A stretch of 58,850 nucleotides of DNA, filler included, from Porpidia crustulata (Eukaryota): the NCBI GenBank assembly GCA_964255105.1. It is 3 parts of 3 records of this genome, joined end to end, with 100 filler letters (N's around TTAATTAATTAA, not from the genome) between each part and the next. Parts side by side here need not be neighbours in the genome. Positions count along the whole stretch, not along the records: positions 1 to 19,575 come from CAXUWE010000139.1; positions 19,676 to 39,216 come from CAXUWE010000140.1; 1 more part is not named here. The stretch is one strand, 5' to 3'. Shown here in pieces: positions 12,612 through 23,798 of the stretch. Position 1 is the first letter of the stretch; each line of letters opens with the position of its first letter. The notes beneath the pieces are model-generated. The model saw nothing but the letters and a program-made list of their open reading frames with translations. It ran no database searches and had not been told where the DNA came from. A program made the position numbers and the translations under genes.

Positions 12612-13404
12612 GATGGGAACCCAACGTTTCACTTTTGATTCATAGGGAAGGAGTCATTGAACCCCAAGAATTCCACCAACTTCACGTAATAATATAAGAG
12701 CCACGTGCAACGATAGTAAAGCACAAACTGAACGCCAGTAAATCAGATCACATAGACAATCCCTAAAAAATATTTTACGACAGACTATCAACGAGTTTGT
12801 CACCTCCTGTTTGGTCTTTGAGCGAACAGGTCATGGAATGGGCTGGGCCCTGATATTGACGAGCTATTATAACAAAAGCGCAGGAATGACAAAGAACTTC
12901 AGGCATCTTATATCGTTTTGGAGCGGGTCATGAAAATGAGGGAATTTTATTGAATCAAGCTTGATGTGTGTGTTGAAAAACCAACCAGATAATGGAGTAT
13001 AGGTATCTTGGTTGCTCGCCGCGACCCATGGAAATGATGTCCGAGTATCTTTAACCTACCTCAAGGTAGGTAATTGGGATATTGCTTGACTCGCGTAAAG
13101 CATCACGTGCACGAACGGACTTCCGTCCCGTTCCGCCCCCCGGCAGCAAATGCATACGCTAGGTACGAATCGAGGTAAGCACGTAAGGTAGTCTTCTAGC
13201 TAGTCGGACTATCCACCTCACTCGTCAAAAATTAGCCACAGTGAAAATAAGTATCTGATTTGCTATGCTACAGAGCTTATGTACAGACTTTTCCAATACC
13301 GAAATGGGATGAAGTATACATATTCAATCTGTGCCCTCGGTCGATGCTTAAAAAAACCACCCATTCCTCCCAGAAATTAGAACTACATGTGATGACTTAT
13401 TTAC

Positions 13405-15607
13405 TCAAACTTGAGGTCCTACGCCGTGGGTTAGCTTCCTTCTCTGCTACCAACGGGAGGATATTTTGCCTCACCGGCTTTGATAACGTCCGGGGTTGCT
13501 TCGTCCGAATACTTCTTGAAGTTCTCCACAAACAGACCACCAAGCTTGGTGACTTCCTCCTTGAAGTCAGCTTGGCCATGCCACGACTTTGCCGGGTTGA
13601 GGATTTCGTTTGGTACTCCGACACAAGCCTTGGGTACGTGTAGATTGAATGTCTCATAAGTTTCGAATTCGGCCTTCGCTAGTTCACCCGAGTGAATAGC
13701 ATCGAGAATCGCTCGGGTGTATTTTAGGCTACCAAGAGTGAGCAAGACACGTGCATGGTAGAGGTAAGCAAGACTCACGGGCAACGGGTACCTCCATTAG
13801 TTGCACCAGCACCAACCCAGCCAGTGTTGAGAAGCCAAGCGTTAGTCTTGTGGTGAGACATTTTATCCGCCAACATTCTTGCGTAGCGCATAGGATGTAG
13901 GGCTAGAAAAGGCTGGGCGAAGCAAGATGAGAAAGTCGCTTGCGGCTCGGTGATGCCATCCTCGGTACCTGCCATTTTCGAGGTGTACCCTGAAATGAAA
14001 TGGAACATGGTTTGTTCGCTTGTCAGCTTTGAGATAGGAGGGAGCACACCCCGAGCATCGCAAGTCAGTAGAATAATGTTTGTTGGGTGACTTGTCGATA
14101 AGCACGGGATCTTGGCATTCTTAATATGCTCGATGGGATATGCGCTAGAGAGTGGTTAATAGGATGGTCAGCTTATGAAACAAGGGCCATTGACTTACCA
14201 ACGAGTATTCTCTGTCAGAGTGGTATCGTCGTAGTCGACCATTCTCGTCACTGGATTGAAGACAACGTTCTCCAAAATGGCGCCAAATGAGATAGCTTTG
14301 TAGATGTCTGGCTCCTTTTCGGCTGAGAGGCCGATGCACTTTGCATAACACTGGTGTAGTATTAGCAGAAATTAGAAGAAATTAGAAGGTCTTCACCTAC
14401 ACCACCTTCAATATTGAATACTCCACGATCACTCCAACAGTGCTCATCATCGCCAATAAGCGCACGCTTTGGATCGGCCGACAGCGTGGTCTTGCCCGTG
14501 CCAGAAAGACCAAAGAAAACCGTAACATCGCCGTCCTGGCCTTCGTTCGCCGACGAGTGTAGTGTTAAAACGTTGTGCTTCACGGGCATCTCGTAAAACA
14601 GAACAGTGAAGACCCCCTTCTTCATTTCTCCGGCATACTCGGTACCCAGAATCACCATTTCCTTATCCGCGAAGTTGATAGCGACCGAAGTTGCGGACGT
14701 CATCCCAGTGGTAAATCTGTTAGCTGGGAAAGAGCCGGCATTGTAGATGGTGTAGTCAGGGTGAAAGGATTTGAGCTCTTCCCTCGTCGGGCGAATGAGC
14801 ATATTGCGCATGAAGAGAGCATGGTAGGCGCGTGCGCACACCACCCGGACATTGATCCGGTACTTCTCGTCCCAGCCTGCAAATCCATCGACAACATAGA
14901 TTCTTGTTCGTGTATTGAGATAATCCACAGCACGCTCACGGTTGATCTTCCAAGTCTAATAAAAGAACATTAGCCGAAAGCTGGGGAAACACATGAATGC
15001 GGGGTTGGGGCTCAAAGCTAAGATAAGGCAGCGCTAAGATTGGAGCTTATGTCCGACTGTCCGCAGCACATGCCGATATGACGTTCCCTCGGCTTCTTCA
15101 ATTGTGAACTGAACCGCAGACTCTGCTACTCACCTGAGGATCCATCGATTTGTTCACTGGGCCCCACCATACGTCTTTTTCGGAACTGGGCTCTTTGACG
15201 ATACGTTTGTCAAGAGGTGAACGACCAGTCTTTGCTCCAGAGAAAGCCGTCAAGGCACCATTCGAGGTGATTGCTGAGCCGGATTCATACACCAAAGCAT
15301 CTTCGTATAGGGCAGCAACTGAGGGGTTGGCAATCTGCAAACTATTCAGCTATGTCCCAGAAGAGTGCATTGAACTCAGGAATACTCACAATAGCAACGC
15401 GGTCATAATCGATATGTGCAAGCTCGTAAAGTTCTTCTTCCAATTCAGTGTGCTCTCGCTGCGGCCTATGAAACGCTTTTGTTAGCAGTCACATGCATCA
15501 ATAAGCCCTACTCAAGATGCTGAATAGCAAAATCAAAGCGTAGGGTTGAGAACTTACTCGACACCACCTGGGTGGAGATTGGTTTTGTTTACGCTGCTTG
15601 TAATCAT
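13405..15607 (-). CDS. PCK1: Phosphoenolpyruvate carboxykinase (ATP), acuF/PCK1 orthologue, multi-exon
   Basis: [65 protein letters not shown]; start MITSSVNKT, last exon ...GPQV*. Confidence 0.98.
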
Positions 15608-15717
15608 TTTGGCTCCTAGAGTTTGTTGGGTTGTAGTGTCTGAGGGCATTACAAAGGGTATATATGATTAAGAAATTGCTGTGGGTCGTTGTTAGTCTGA
15701 CTGGCAAAACCATCGAT

Positions 15718-15762
15718 CCGATTTCACCCGTGGGACGGACCAAGCTCCGCCGTGGATACCCG
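15718..15762. promoter_or_regulatory. Two CCG-N7-CCG elements (AcuK/AcuM, AOD2/AOD5-type sites) in the PCK1 promoter
   Basis: CCGATTTCACCCG at 15718-15730 and CCGTGGATACCCG at 15750-15762, upstream of a TATATA element (~15659-15665); CreA-type GCGGGG at 16021-16026. Confidence 0.7.
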
Positions 15763-16523
15763 TCTTATTCGTATAATTGAACGATGTATACAGACACAAC
15801 AACGCAGAGCAGCCCAACCAATCAAGAAGATAGAAACCTACCGATTTCCAAGAATTGTGAGCAAGCAAAGTGGCGAAGGTTGTCCTTCGTAGCATCAAAA
15901 AGCTATCCATCTGTGGGTCAAGTGGTCGGAAAAGATCTCGTCATATGAAAGGCTTTCTGGCGAACCTGGATTGATAGAGATCTAGCCCAGTGCGGGCAAC
16001 CAGGATATGCCCACATTTACGCGGGGTAATGGGCTGCCGGGATATCGGTGATCTACTTGAGCAGGCTCCGGTCAGCCTCACTCGATGATTGGCTACAAAT
16101 CTCATTGTCTTAGTCACGCTCGGGGACACGGACCCCAACGCTAAGTACGGAAGGTCTTATACCACGCGTCTACCAAATGCTATGCGGTAGGCGGAGAAAG
16201 TACCAATTCGAATATCTACTAATCTAGAATACTTATCTAGATAGGGTACACTTACACAACTCCTGCGTTCATAATTACTAGATTTTTCTCTCCCCTAGAA
16301 TCCATTCGTGATTGTTCCTATAAGATTGTTACACACCGCATGCTTGCGCTGCCGGTTACGGCTAGAGTTGAGTTTCTGGCCATATATCTGCTTATACATG
16401 CTGAAGATTGAACACAGATACTTTATATTCTGTAACCATTAAATTCATGTTTATTGAGACTCAACAACCATAAGAGATGCATACACAACCTGATCGGGAA
16501 GCTCGGGCGGTCATTCTAGTTGA

Positions 16524-17567
16524 CTACTGCGACTCCATGCTTGAGATGTCGCCAATGACAGATCTCAAAATTTCAGGGACCAGTACACCGGCATCACCTT
16601 GGAAAAACCAATCTCCTGCCACCAAGCCGCCCAGGCCAGTGTCTGCCCTGTCTATATTTACTACAGCGACCCTTGCACCCTTCTCTCTAGCTATTCCGAT
16701 ATAGCCGGCGGCAGGATACACTTGGGCGCTTGTGCCAATAACAAGTATAAGATCGATCTTCTCGGGCTTTTCGACCCATTCATCGACGGCTGCGAGGGTT
16801 TTCTCCGGGAGACTTTCGCCGAACCAGACAACCCCTGGTCGAAGCAGCCCCTCACCGCATTTCGAACAATGAGGTAGATCTCCCATAGGGATTTCAGGGA
16901 TATCCTCCCAGTCATCCGAAGTGCCAGGGTCTGGTGGAGTTCCATTTCGGTCGTTTGCTTGGTTCATCGAATTGTCTAAAGCGCTCACGGCTTCCACCCC
17001 AATTTTGTCTTCGCTCGAAGGATGTGGCTGGGCCCCTTCCTGTGGTACTGCTAGTGCTGGGACTATTGGGTCGGTGAAATTCTCCTCGACATGATTGCAA
17101 GAGAATGATGTACACTTGACGTTAGACAGAGAGCCGTGCAAAAGGTGAAGCTGGGATGCTGGGTGTCCTGCACGTGGGCTGAGACCTATCGAGCATTAGC
17201 TTCTAGCAAAGCGGATTTTGGTCCATTGAACAATACCATCAACGTTTTGGGTCAGCGTAATAAAGCTTTCATTGCGTCTAGCTAACTCTGCGAGCGCATA
17301 ATGTGCTGGATTTGGTGATGCTTCAAATGCCATGTGTCTTCTGTAGCTGTAGAACTGCCATACGAGCCCCGGATTTTTCTCAAAAGCTTCGGGCGTTGCA
17401 AGAGATATAGCATCATGAGTTCGCCACAAGCCATCTGCTCCTCGGAACGTGGGAAGGCCGGATGCAGCCGACAACCCAGCTCCAAGCAACGCTAGGATAC
17501 GGGTCGACGACCTTAGGTGCGAAGAGAATGATTCGAGATCTGCTGGAGGGATCATTGCTGGAGACAT
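16524..17567 (-). CDS. NAD-dependent protein deacylase, class III (SIRT5/CobB-like) sirtuin
   Basis: GAGLSAASGLPTFRG, WQFYSYRR (Tyr/Arg acyl pocket), TQNVDGL across intron 17186-17236, HGSL, two Cys pairs, LRPGVVWFGE, GTSAQVYPAA. Confidence 0.95.
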
Positions 17568-17853
17568 TGCTACAGAAGTTTATGAAGTAGCAGAGTGGTT
17601 AGCTGGAGGTTGAGAATTGGTAGGATTTGCCTTGCTCCGCCTCGCAGGAGCATTATCCGTCATGAATTCACACGGGTGATCAAGCTGCTTCACTCGCAAT
17701 TCATTGTAGCTGTGCAAGTGAATGCCAGACACTCAAAGCTCGCTTAATAAGTCGAACTTGGATGGAGAAGCTTTGGAGCTTCTGTTCTTGAGATGACGAT
17801 TGGTAAAGAAGATCGCCATCTTTCCGGCCAGCGGCCCAATTCCTACCTCAACC

Positions 17854-19555
17854 ATGAAACAGTGCCTCCTCGGCTTGTCACGACGTATTCAGCTTTCAAC
17901 GACCCCGACTACCCAATCCAGATCGCCTGCAGCTTCCTATGATAACTGTAGATGCCAATCAGCTTTGAGAAGTCGGCTTTATGCTACTGTATCCGCCGGC
18001 GAGCTCCAGTTTGGCCAGCCCGTCCATGAAACCCATCCACATCTACTTAAAGCTGGCGAACGTGAGTAATGATACGCCCTCAAGAGAGATTTGCTAACGT
18101 TTGTTGCAAAGTCACACAGGGTATAACAGCTCTTGAGTACGCCCAGCGCCGCTCAGCACTTGCCGCCAAGCTTCCCAAGGATGCTGTTGCCGTCATCGCT
18201 GCCTCTCCTGTCAAATACCGATCCGGCGCCGTGTTTTATGACTTTCATCAAGATTCCAATTTCTTCTATCTCACAGGTATGGAACCTTACAACTAATCGC
18301 GTCAAGTTGCTGACACAGGGCAGGTTTCAACGAACCAGAAGCAGTCGCGATAATAGGTGGGTTGTCAACAAATGCATCAACGCTTCCAGAAGGGCTTACG
18401 GTAATCAGGGAAGACTGCGGGCGGTCATGACCACACATTTCACCTTTTCTTAAGACCTAAAGACTCTAAAGTAGAGCAATGGGAAGGCGCAAGATCTGGC
18501 CTGCAGGCGGCGCTAGATGTGTTCAATGCGGACGAGGTAACTGGAAACTCTATCAACATATGCCCGGTGGCTGAGACTACTCGCAGACAGGCGACATTAA
18601 CGATGCCCAAACCCTCCTGTCACCGATTGTAGCGGCATCGCACGAAGTCTATACGGACCTTGCCTCAAAACCACCAACAGGATCGGCCTTCTCCCGCTTC
18701 TTTTCCGGTCCCTCCACGAAATCCGATGGCTTTGCCAAGATCCTCAAATCCAGTGATGTCAAACCCCTAAAACCCATCATGAACGACCTCCGACTCTTCA
18801 AAAGCCCCGCCGAGATCGCCAACATGCGCAAAGCGGGCCAGGTCTCCGGCAGAGTCTTCACCGCCGCCATGAAACAAAAATGGACCCACGAAAATGACCT
18901 AGCAGCCTTCTTCGACTACAACTTCCGCACCCACGGCTGTGAAACATCCGCCTACATCCCCGTGGTCGCCGGCGGCCGAGCCGCGCGCATGATCCACTAC
19001 GTCCGCAACGACAACATCCTCCGCCCACACGAACTCGTCCTCGTCGACGCCGGCGGCCAATACGGCAACTACATCACCGACATCACCCGCACCTTTCCCA
19101 CCACCGCCCGGTTCACCCCGCCCCAACGCGACCTCTACGCCGCCATTCTCGCCACCCAGCGCGCCTGCGTCTCCCTCTGCCGCGCCTCCGCCTCCACCAC
19201 CCTCGACAACCTGCACGCCGTCGCCGAAGCCTCCCTCAAAGACCAACTTACCCAGCTTGGCTTCGACACCGCCGGCGACGCCATGGAGCGCCTGTTCCCG
19301 CACCACCTGAGCCACTACATCGGCCTCGACGTGCACGACGTGCCCGGCACTAGCCGCCAGCTGCCGTTGCGCGACGGCATGTGCGTCACGGTGGAGCCGG
19401 GCGTGTATGTGCCGGACGACGAGAGGTTCCCCGAAGCTTTTAGGGGGATGGGCGTCAGGATCGAGGATAGCGTGTGCGTGCGCGAGGAGCATCCGTTTGT
19501 GCTGACGACGGAGGCGGTCAAGGAGATTGTTGATATTGAGGCGTTGAGGGATTGA
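17854..19555 (+). CDS. ICP55: Mitochondrial intermediate-cleaving peptidase 55 (Xaa-Pro aminopeptidase, M24B), multi-exon
   Basis: Arg/Ser-rich presequence; FGQPVHETHPHLL.AGE; FHQDSNFFYLTG; VDAGG, YITDITRT, HYIGLDVHD, TVEPGVY, RIED. Confidence 0.93.
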
Positions 19556-19575
19556 AGCGGCGATGGGGTGGGGGG

Positions 19576-19675
19576 NNNNNNNNNNNNNNNNNNNNNNNNN
19601 NNNNNNNNNNNNNNNNNNNTTAATTAATTAANNNNNNNNNNNNNNNNNNNNNNNNNNNNNNNNNNNNNNNNNNNN
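19576..19675. other. Artificial contig-joining spacer
   Basis: 44 N + TTAATTAATTAA (stops in all six frames) + 44 N. Confidence 0.98.
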
Positions 19676-21806
19676 GGGGAAAGAGGGGGTGATTTCATCA
19701 ATACCGTCCAGCGCAATGACGATCGTTTTGGCGCTCGACTTGCACGATGCTCACCGTGTTGTGCTCAGCAACGCTACTGGCTTATTGAGATGGGTTTCGG
19801 ATGGTGGGAGGCGGAGATTAATCCAAAAGCCCCGAGGGAGTGGTTGCTGATGATGCCGAAGAGGAACTAAATACTGAAAGTTTGCGAGCCCAGTAACGAG
19901 CGATGCTCATCGACGCGAGACGTTCGGACTGATATGTTGCGACTATCGACGCTGCGTCTGTCCAGTTCGGCACGCTGGACTGGAGAAGGTGCTGGAGGGT
20001 TTCGACTGCACGAAAAGATGATGCATGTCAAAAAAGGAGACATTCGGACATCATCACTTTGAACGAGGTAGAGCTTCGCTTGCGTCGAGGTGCTCAAAAA
20101 GTGAAGCACACACAAAGGAGTCTGCCTTGGCTGTTGGCGTGGATGTGAGGAATTGCGATTTCTGGTTCTCGAGGGTTACCCTAGGGCGCCTCGCAGCACG
20201 AGAACCAGTCTCGTTCTGCATAGACTTGCGATAGAACCGCCGACTCAAGTGACACACGTCGAAGCGGGTCTCTACGCCTCTAGGACAGTGGAATTAGGTG
20301 TACGAGTTGTGCCGTGAGCAGCCTTGTGTGCAAAACGGGAATGCATAGCATTTGCGAAAATGGCCGGGAGCGGTATCCGGGAGCTTTGATATTCGAAATC
20401 TGCCGCTTATTGAGACTGCTAGTATTTATTCTTTCGTGCGAGCGAACGAGAGGTCTGGAACGATTGTCGAGATTTTACCTCTTTGCCATCGTTAGCTTTG
20501 TTCGGTCGAGATTGCTACTACACGTAACACAATTGTGCCAGAGAGACATCTCAAAATAGATCGGAGGTACGTGACGTTCGTAACGACAAAGGTACAGCCC
20601 TGGCTTGGAGTCAGTGATCCATTCTTTGGGAATGGTCGGTAATCTGAATACCCCTAAGTGATGAATACTCAAGGCGTCTATTCTCTCGTTTCTCGCAAGC
20701 GACAGAGTATGTTCTGGATTCTAATACTGGCAGACAATGGAACGAGCTCACCTGTCAGAATCGCGAATGGCGTACGTGACAGCTCTTCCATAGCGCTTAG
20801 GTGACGCTGTATAACCTGAAAGTAGGTTTAGGGCCTGGGTAGTCCCTTCGGTAGGTACATAGGGCGGTCGTAATACTGTCTGGCAATAGACTCGATCAAA
20901 GTGTTTAATGTTGAGAGTCAAAGGAGGCGGACCCGACGATACTGGCCACAAGACAGGACGCAGTGTTCTACCAATGATGTAGCGGGATACGCAGCAACTA
21001 TCACTAGTGGCGAACTTGGGTCTCTGCAATCTCGTAGTGTATGAAATCTCAAAGGGGGTTAGGTAAATCTTTGGGAATAAGCCAGTCCGGCAGATGATAC
21101 TCGGCTTTGCCGTCAAGTTTCGACGAGACCCAATCGATGCCATAATCCATTTTCGGGACAGTGAGCCGAGGGTAGCAAACTGTCTGCAGGAACACTCACG
21201 TCCCGTATTCCAGAGGTACTATCGCTGACCGATTAGAGACCTTTGGTACAAGAGTTCGCGCAGAAGACTGAGATCACCTGTCAACGATAGGGCGCACGTT
21301 CAACGCCGGTGGAGGTGGATGATGCTTAAAGGTAGAGTTTGACAGATAGGCTGCAATGCATGGGGATCAACCCGGTCCTGTTCTGGTCTCTGTGCATATG
21401 GGGCCCTCAAGGCACAATCCAAGGCAGTCGATACGTCCTGCAAAGCAACTCTTACCATGGCGCAACGTAGATCTCCGGCTATGCTTAGCCATGTAACCGA
21501 ACATGACTCGGCTCGAGCGGATGGCTTCAGTGCTAATGCCAGGTACGTAGGCTAGTTATGCCATAGTGTGTCCAGTGATGGTTAAGAAAAGCTTCCCCAC
21601 TCTAAATGATATGCCAATCACAATTTATCTGCCTGCATTCCTGATGGCTTGTTGTTTCAACATGAGTGGGGGAAGGCGCGTTAGCCATGCATAAAAACTA
21701 CAGCGCGATCGATGCACCTTTTGCCACTGATTTGTGCCTTTCCAGATGCGTCCAGATGGTGGCTTTGCATGTTTTGTGACTTCTCGATGATTTTGTATGA
21801 CCTTCG

Positions 21807-21962
21807 ATGACAGCTTCAGCGAGGCTCTTCCGGGATCGACTGCCTGATGCCGCCCGGACACCAATGCATGCAATCTGTGCGGGTCATACTCAGCGAACTT
21901 GGCTGATGACCAATGGACAGCGTTGGAGACAGCTGTGTCATGTCTCTGTATCCACCTACTAA
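21807..21962 (+). promoter_or_regulatory. Candidate uORF (51 aa; internal ATGs at 21864 and 21906) overlapping out of frame the putative upstream start codons of the BrlA-like gene
   Basis: Open frame from ATG 21807 to TAA 21960-21962; any function is inferred by analogy only. Confidence 0.3.
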
Positions 21963-22397
21963 AGGTCCTATAGCTTCCCCACACCCGCTTCTCCTCCCGC
22001 AGCCAAAACATCGGTAAGGAGGAAACCCCAGATAGCTTTTGTCGTAAAAGAATTCTCGATATCAAGGGTTCCCAACGGACGGTAGCCGTTCCCAAGTCAT
22101 CATGTCGAGTGAAACATTTGCCGCTTGCCCAATTTCACAGCATTCCTACCACACCTTGCTGCTATTGTGGCTACTCAATACCGGGGATTAGTGGGGAAAC
22201 GATCATTAAAAGGTCGATGACCATCTCCTTTCCCATAATATCCAAGGACGCCGCTCTGTAATGAGTAATTTGTAAATCTGCTCTAGGTACGAATGCCCAT
22301 GACATAGTTCCAACGCTGTACTGACTGTATGAATAGAACCCAGCCTAAGCCCCAGTTTCCAGGAGTCCCGATATTGAGTCTTTCCTGCTATTGCACC

Positions 22398-23798
22398 ATG
22401 TCTTTGACTATTGATTCCCAATTATCGTCTGCAAAATACCGGGACGCCTCGCAAGAATGTTATCCAAATGGGTACATGACCCCGCCATCATCGGCTACAT
22501 CCCGAAGACCCTCAGTGGCCATGTCGGCAGATTCTTTTGGACCGTTCTCTTCTACCTCTTTTCCAGCATCAGAGTCTAACTCTTTCTGCGAACTATTGAC
22601 CCCGACGTCTTCCTTCTCAGCTTCCTCTCACCGACGCCATTCTACAGCATATAGCGACTTCCAGCCGTGTCTCGTCGCGGACCCTTCAATAGTCGACTCA
22701 CGGCATTATATCGAAGCAAGCACTCCATCAGATTGGCCTCAATCCTCGACCACAGAGTGCTTCGTCCTCGATACGTCTTATACGTGTGCAACTTCCTCAT
22801 CATCATTTTCCAATGACCTCAGATTTGGTAGCCCAAATGAAGAAGGGCTCTTGATGACCATGCCGGGCGATCTCAGCGAAGCATCAGCGCCTTCAGTCGC
22901 CCAAGACCTTCAAGGCGGACACATCTTATCTTACAATCAAACAACCTCTTTGGCCACCGATGACATGCCAGGCTTTGATCCCATGACTACCCTCGACACA
23001 GCTTTCCTGAGCTCTGCCGCCGATTACGGCGATGATTGCATAGCACTTAAGTCCACAAACGATAACAGCTGGCCCGCCAATCTTGCATTGTCCGAAACTG
23101 TAGTTCCTTCACACATGTTCATGTTGTCGAGTCCTCCTGGATCTCCTTTGCCACATCATCTTGGTTCACCGATCAAACTCGAACAAATGAATTCAGAGCG
23201 TGCATCCTTTGACAATCTGAGCGCCTATAGCGGAGCATCACCAGGAAGTAGCCCGACAACATCTGGACGCAGGCTATTAGACATCACAGTCACACCAACG
23301 CCCAGGAACCGTGGACTTGGTCGATTTCGTAAGCTCGGTAGACTTTCGGGATGGAAATCTGGAAATAAAGCAGCCCTGCGATTTCCAGGATGCGATATAC
23401 GGAAGATCGAAAGTATCGAAACAAATCCTTGTGTACCATGCACGGTAATACTCGACAAACACATAGCCTTTAAACGACCTGAACATTTGAAACGACATCT
23501 CATAACCGAGCAACACACGAAGAACGTAGCGGCCTACGCTATGAGGATGAAACTCGAATGTCCAACACCTGTAGAAAAGCCGATCTACCCATGTTTAATT
23601 CCAAACTGCAAAAAGGGATTAGATAAATCGCCTTTCGTTGGGAGAAGGGATAATTTGACGCAGCATTACAAGAATACTCATTTCCACGATAAGCATCGGA
23701 ATGGGGGTGGCAAGAACGATTGGATTAGCGTAGAGCGAGCAGACGAGCTAGGCCTGGCATCGAAAGACCCTAGGAACGAAGCGAAATATGAAGGATGA
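22398..23798 (+). CDS. C2H2 zinc-finger transcription factor, BrlA-like (Msn2/BrlA-type recognition helices); possible upstream exon 21913/21940-22013
   Basis: Ser/Pro-rich N-terminus; fingers FKRPEHLKRH and RRDNLTQHYKNTH followed by GGGKNDWIS (cf. BrlA FKRQEHLKRH / RSDNLNAHYTKTH..GGRNRYV, from memory); CACCATG start context. Confidence 0.8.
   Translation: MSLTIDSQLSSAKYRDASQECYPNGYMTPPSSATSRRPSVAMSADSFGPFSSTSFPASESNSFCELLTPTSSFSASSHRRHSTAYSDFQPCLVADPSIVDSRHYIEASTPSDWPQSSTTECFVLDTSYTCATSSSSFSNDLRFGSPNEEGLLMTMPGDLSEASAPSVAQDLQGGHILSYNQTTSLATDDMPGFDPMTTLDTAFLSSAADYGDDCIALKSTNDNSWPANLALSETVVPSHMFMLSSPPGSPLPHHLGSPIKLEQMNSERASFDNLSAYSGASPGSSPTTSGRRLLDITVTPTPRNRGLGRFRKLGRLSGWKSGNKAALRFPGCDIRKIESIETNPCVPCTVILDKHIAFKRPEHLKRHLITEQHTKNVAAYAMRMKLECPTPVEKPIYPCLIPNCKKGLDKSPFVGRRDNLTQHYKNTHFHDKHRNGGGKNDWISVERADELGLASKDPRNEAKYEG

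Noticed and set aside
13054..13071. Inverted repeat ACCTACCT-ca-AGGTAGGT
   Set aside because: Short, common low-complexity intergenic motif with no further support
14957..15133. Longer PCK1 intron with small hairpins
   Set aside because: Only 4-5 bp stems and no snoRNA boxes
18899..19492. Long antisense ORFs over ICP55 (also over ETF-QO and AIM21)
   Set aside because: Shadow ORFs caused by high GC3
19576..19675. Palindromic TTAATTAATTAA repeated at 39261
   Set aside because: Artificial six-frame-stop linker inside N runs; gene adjacency across it is meaningless
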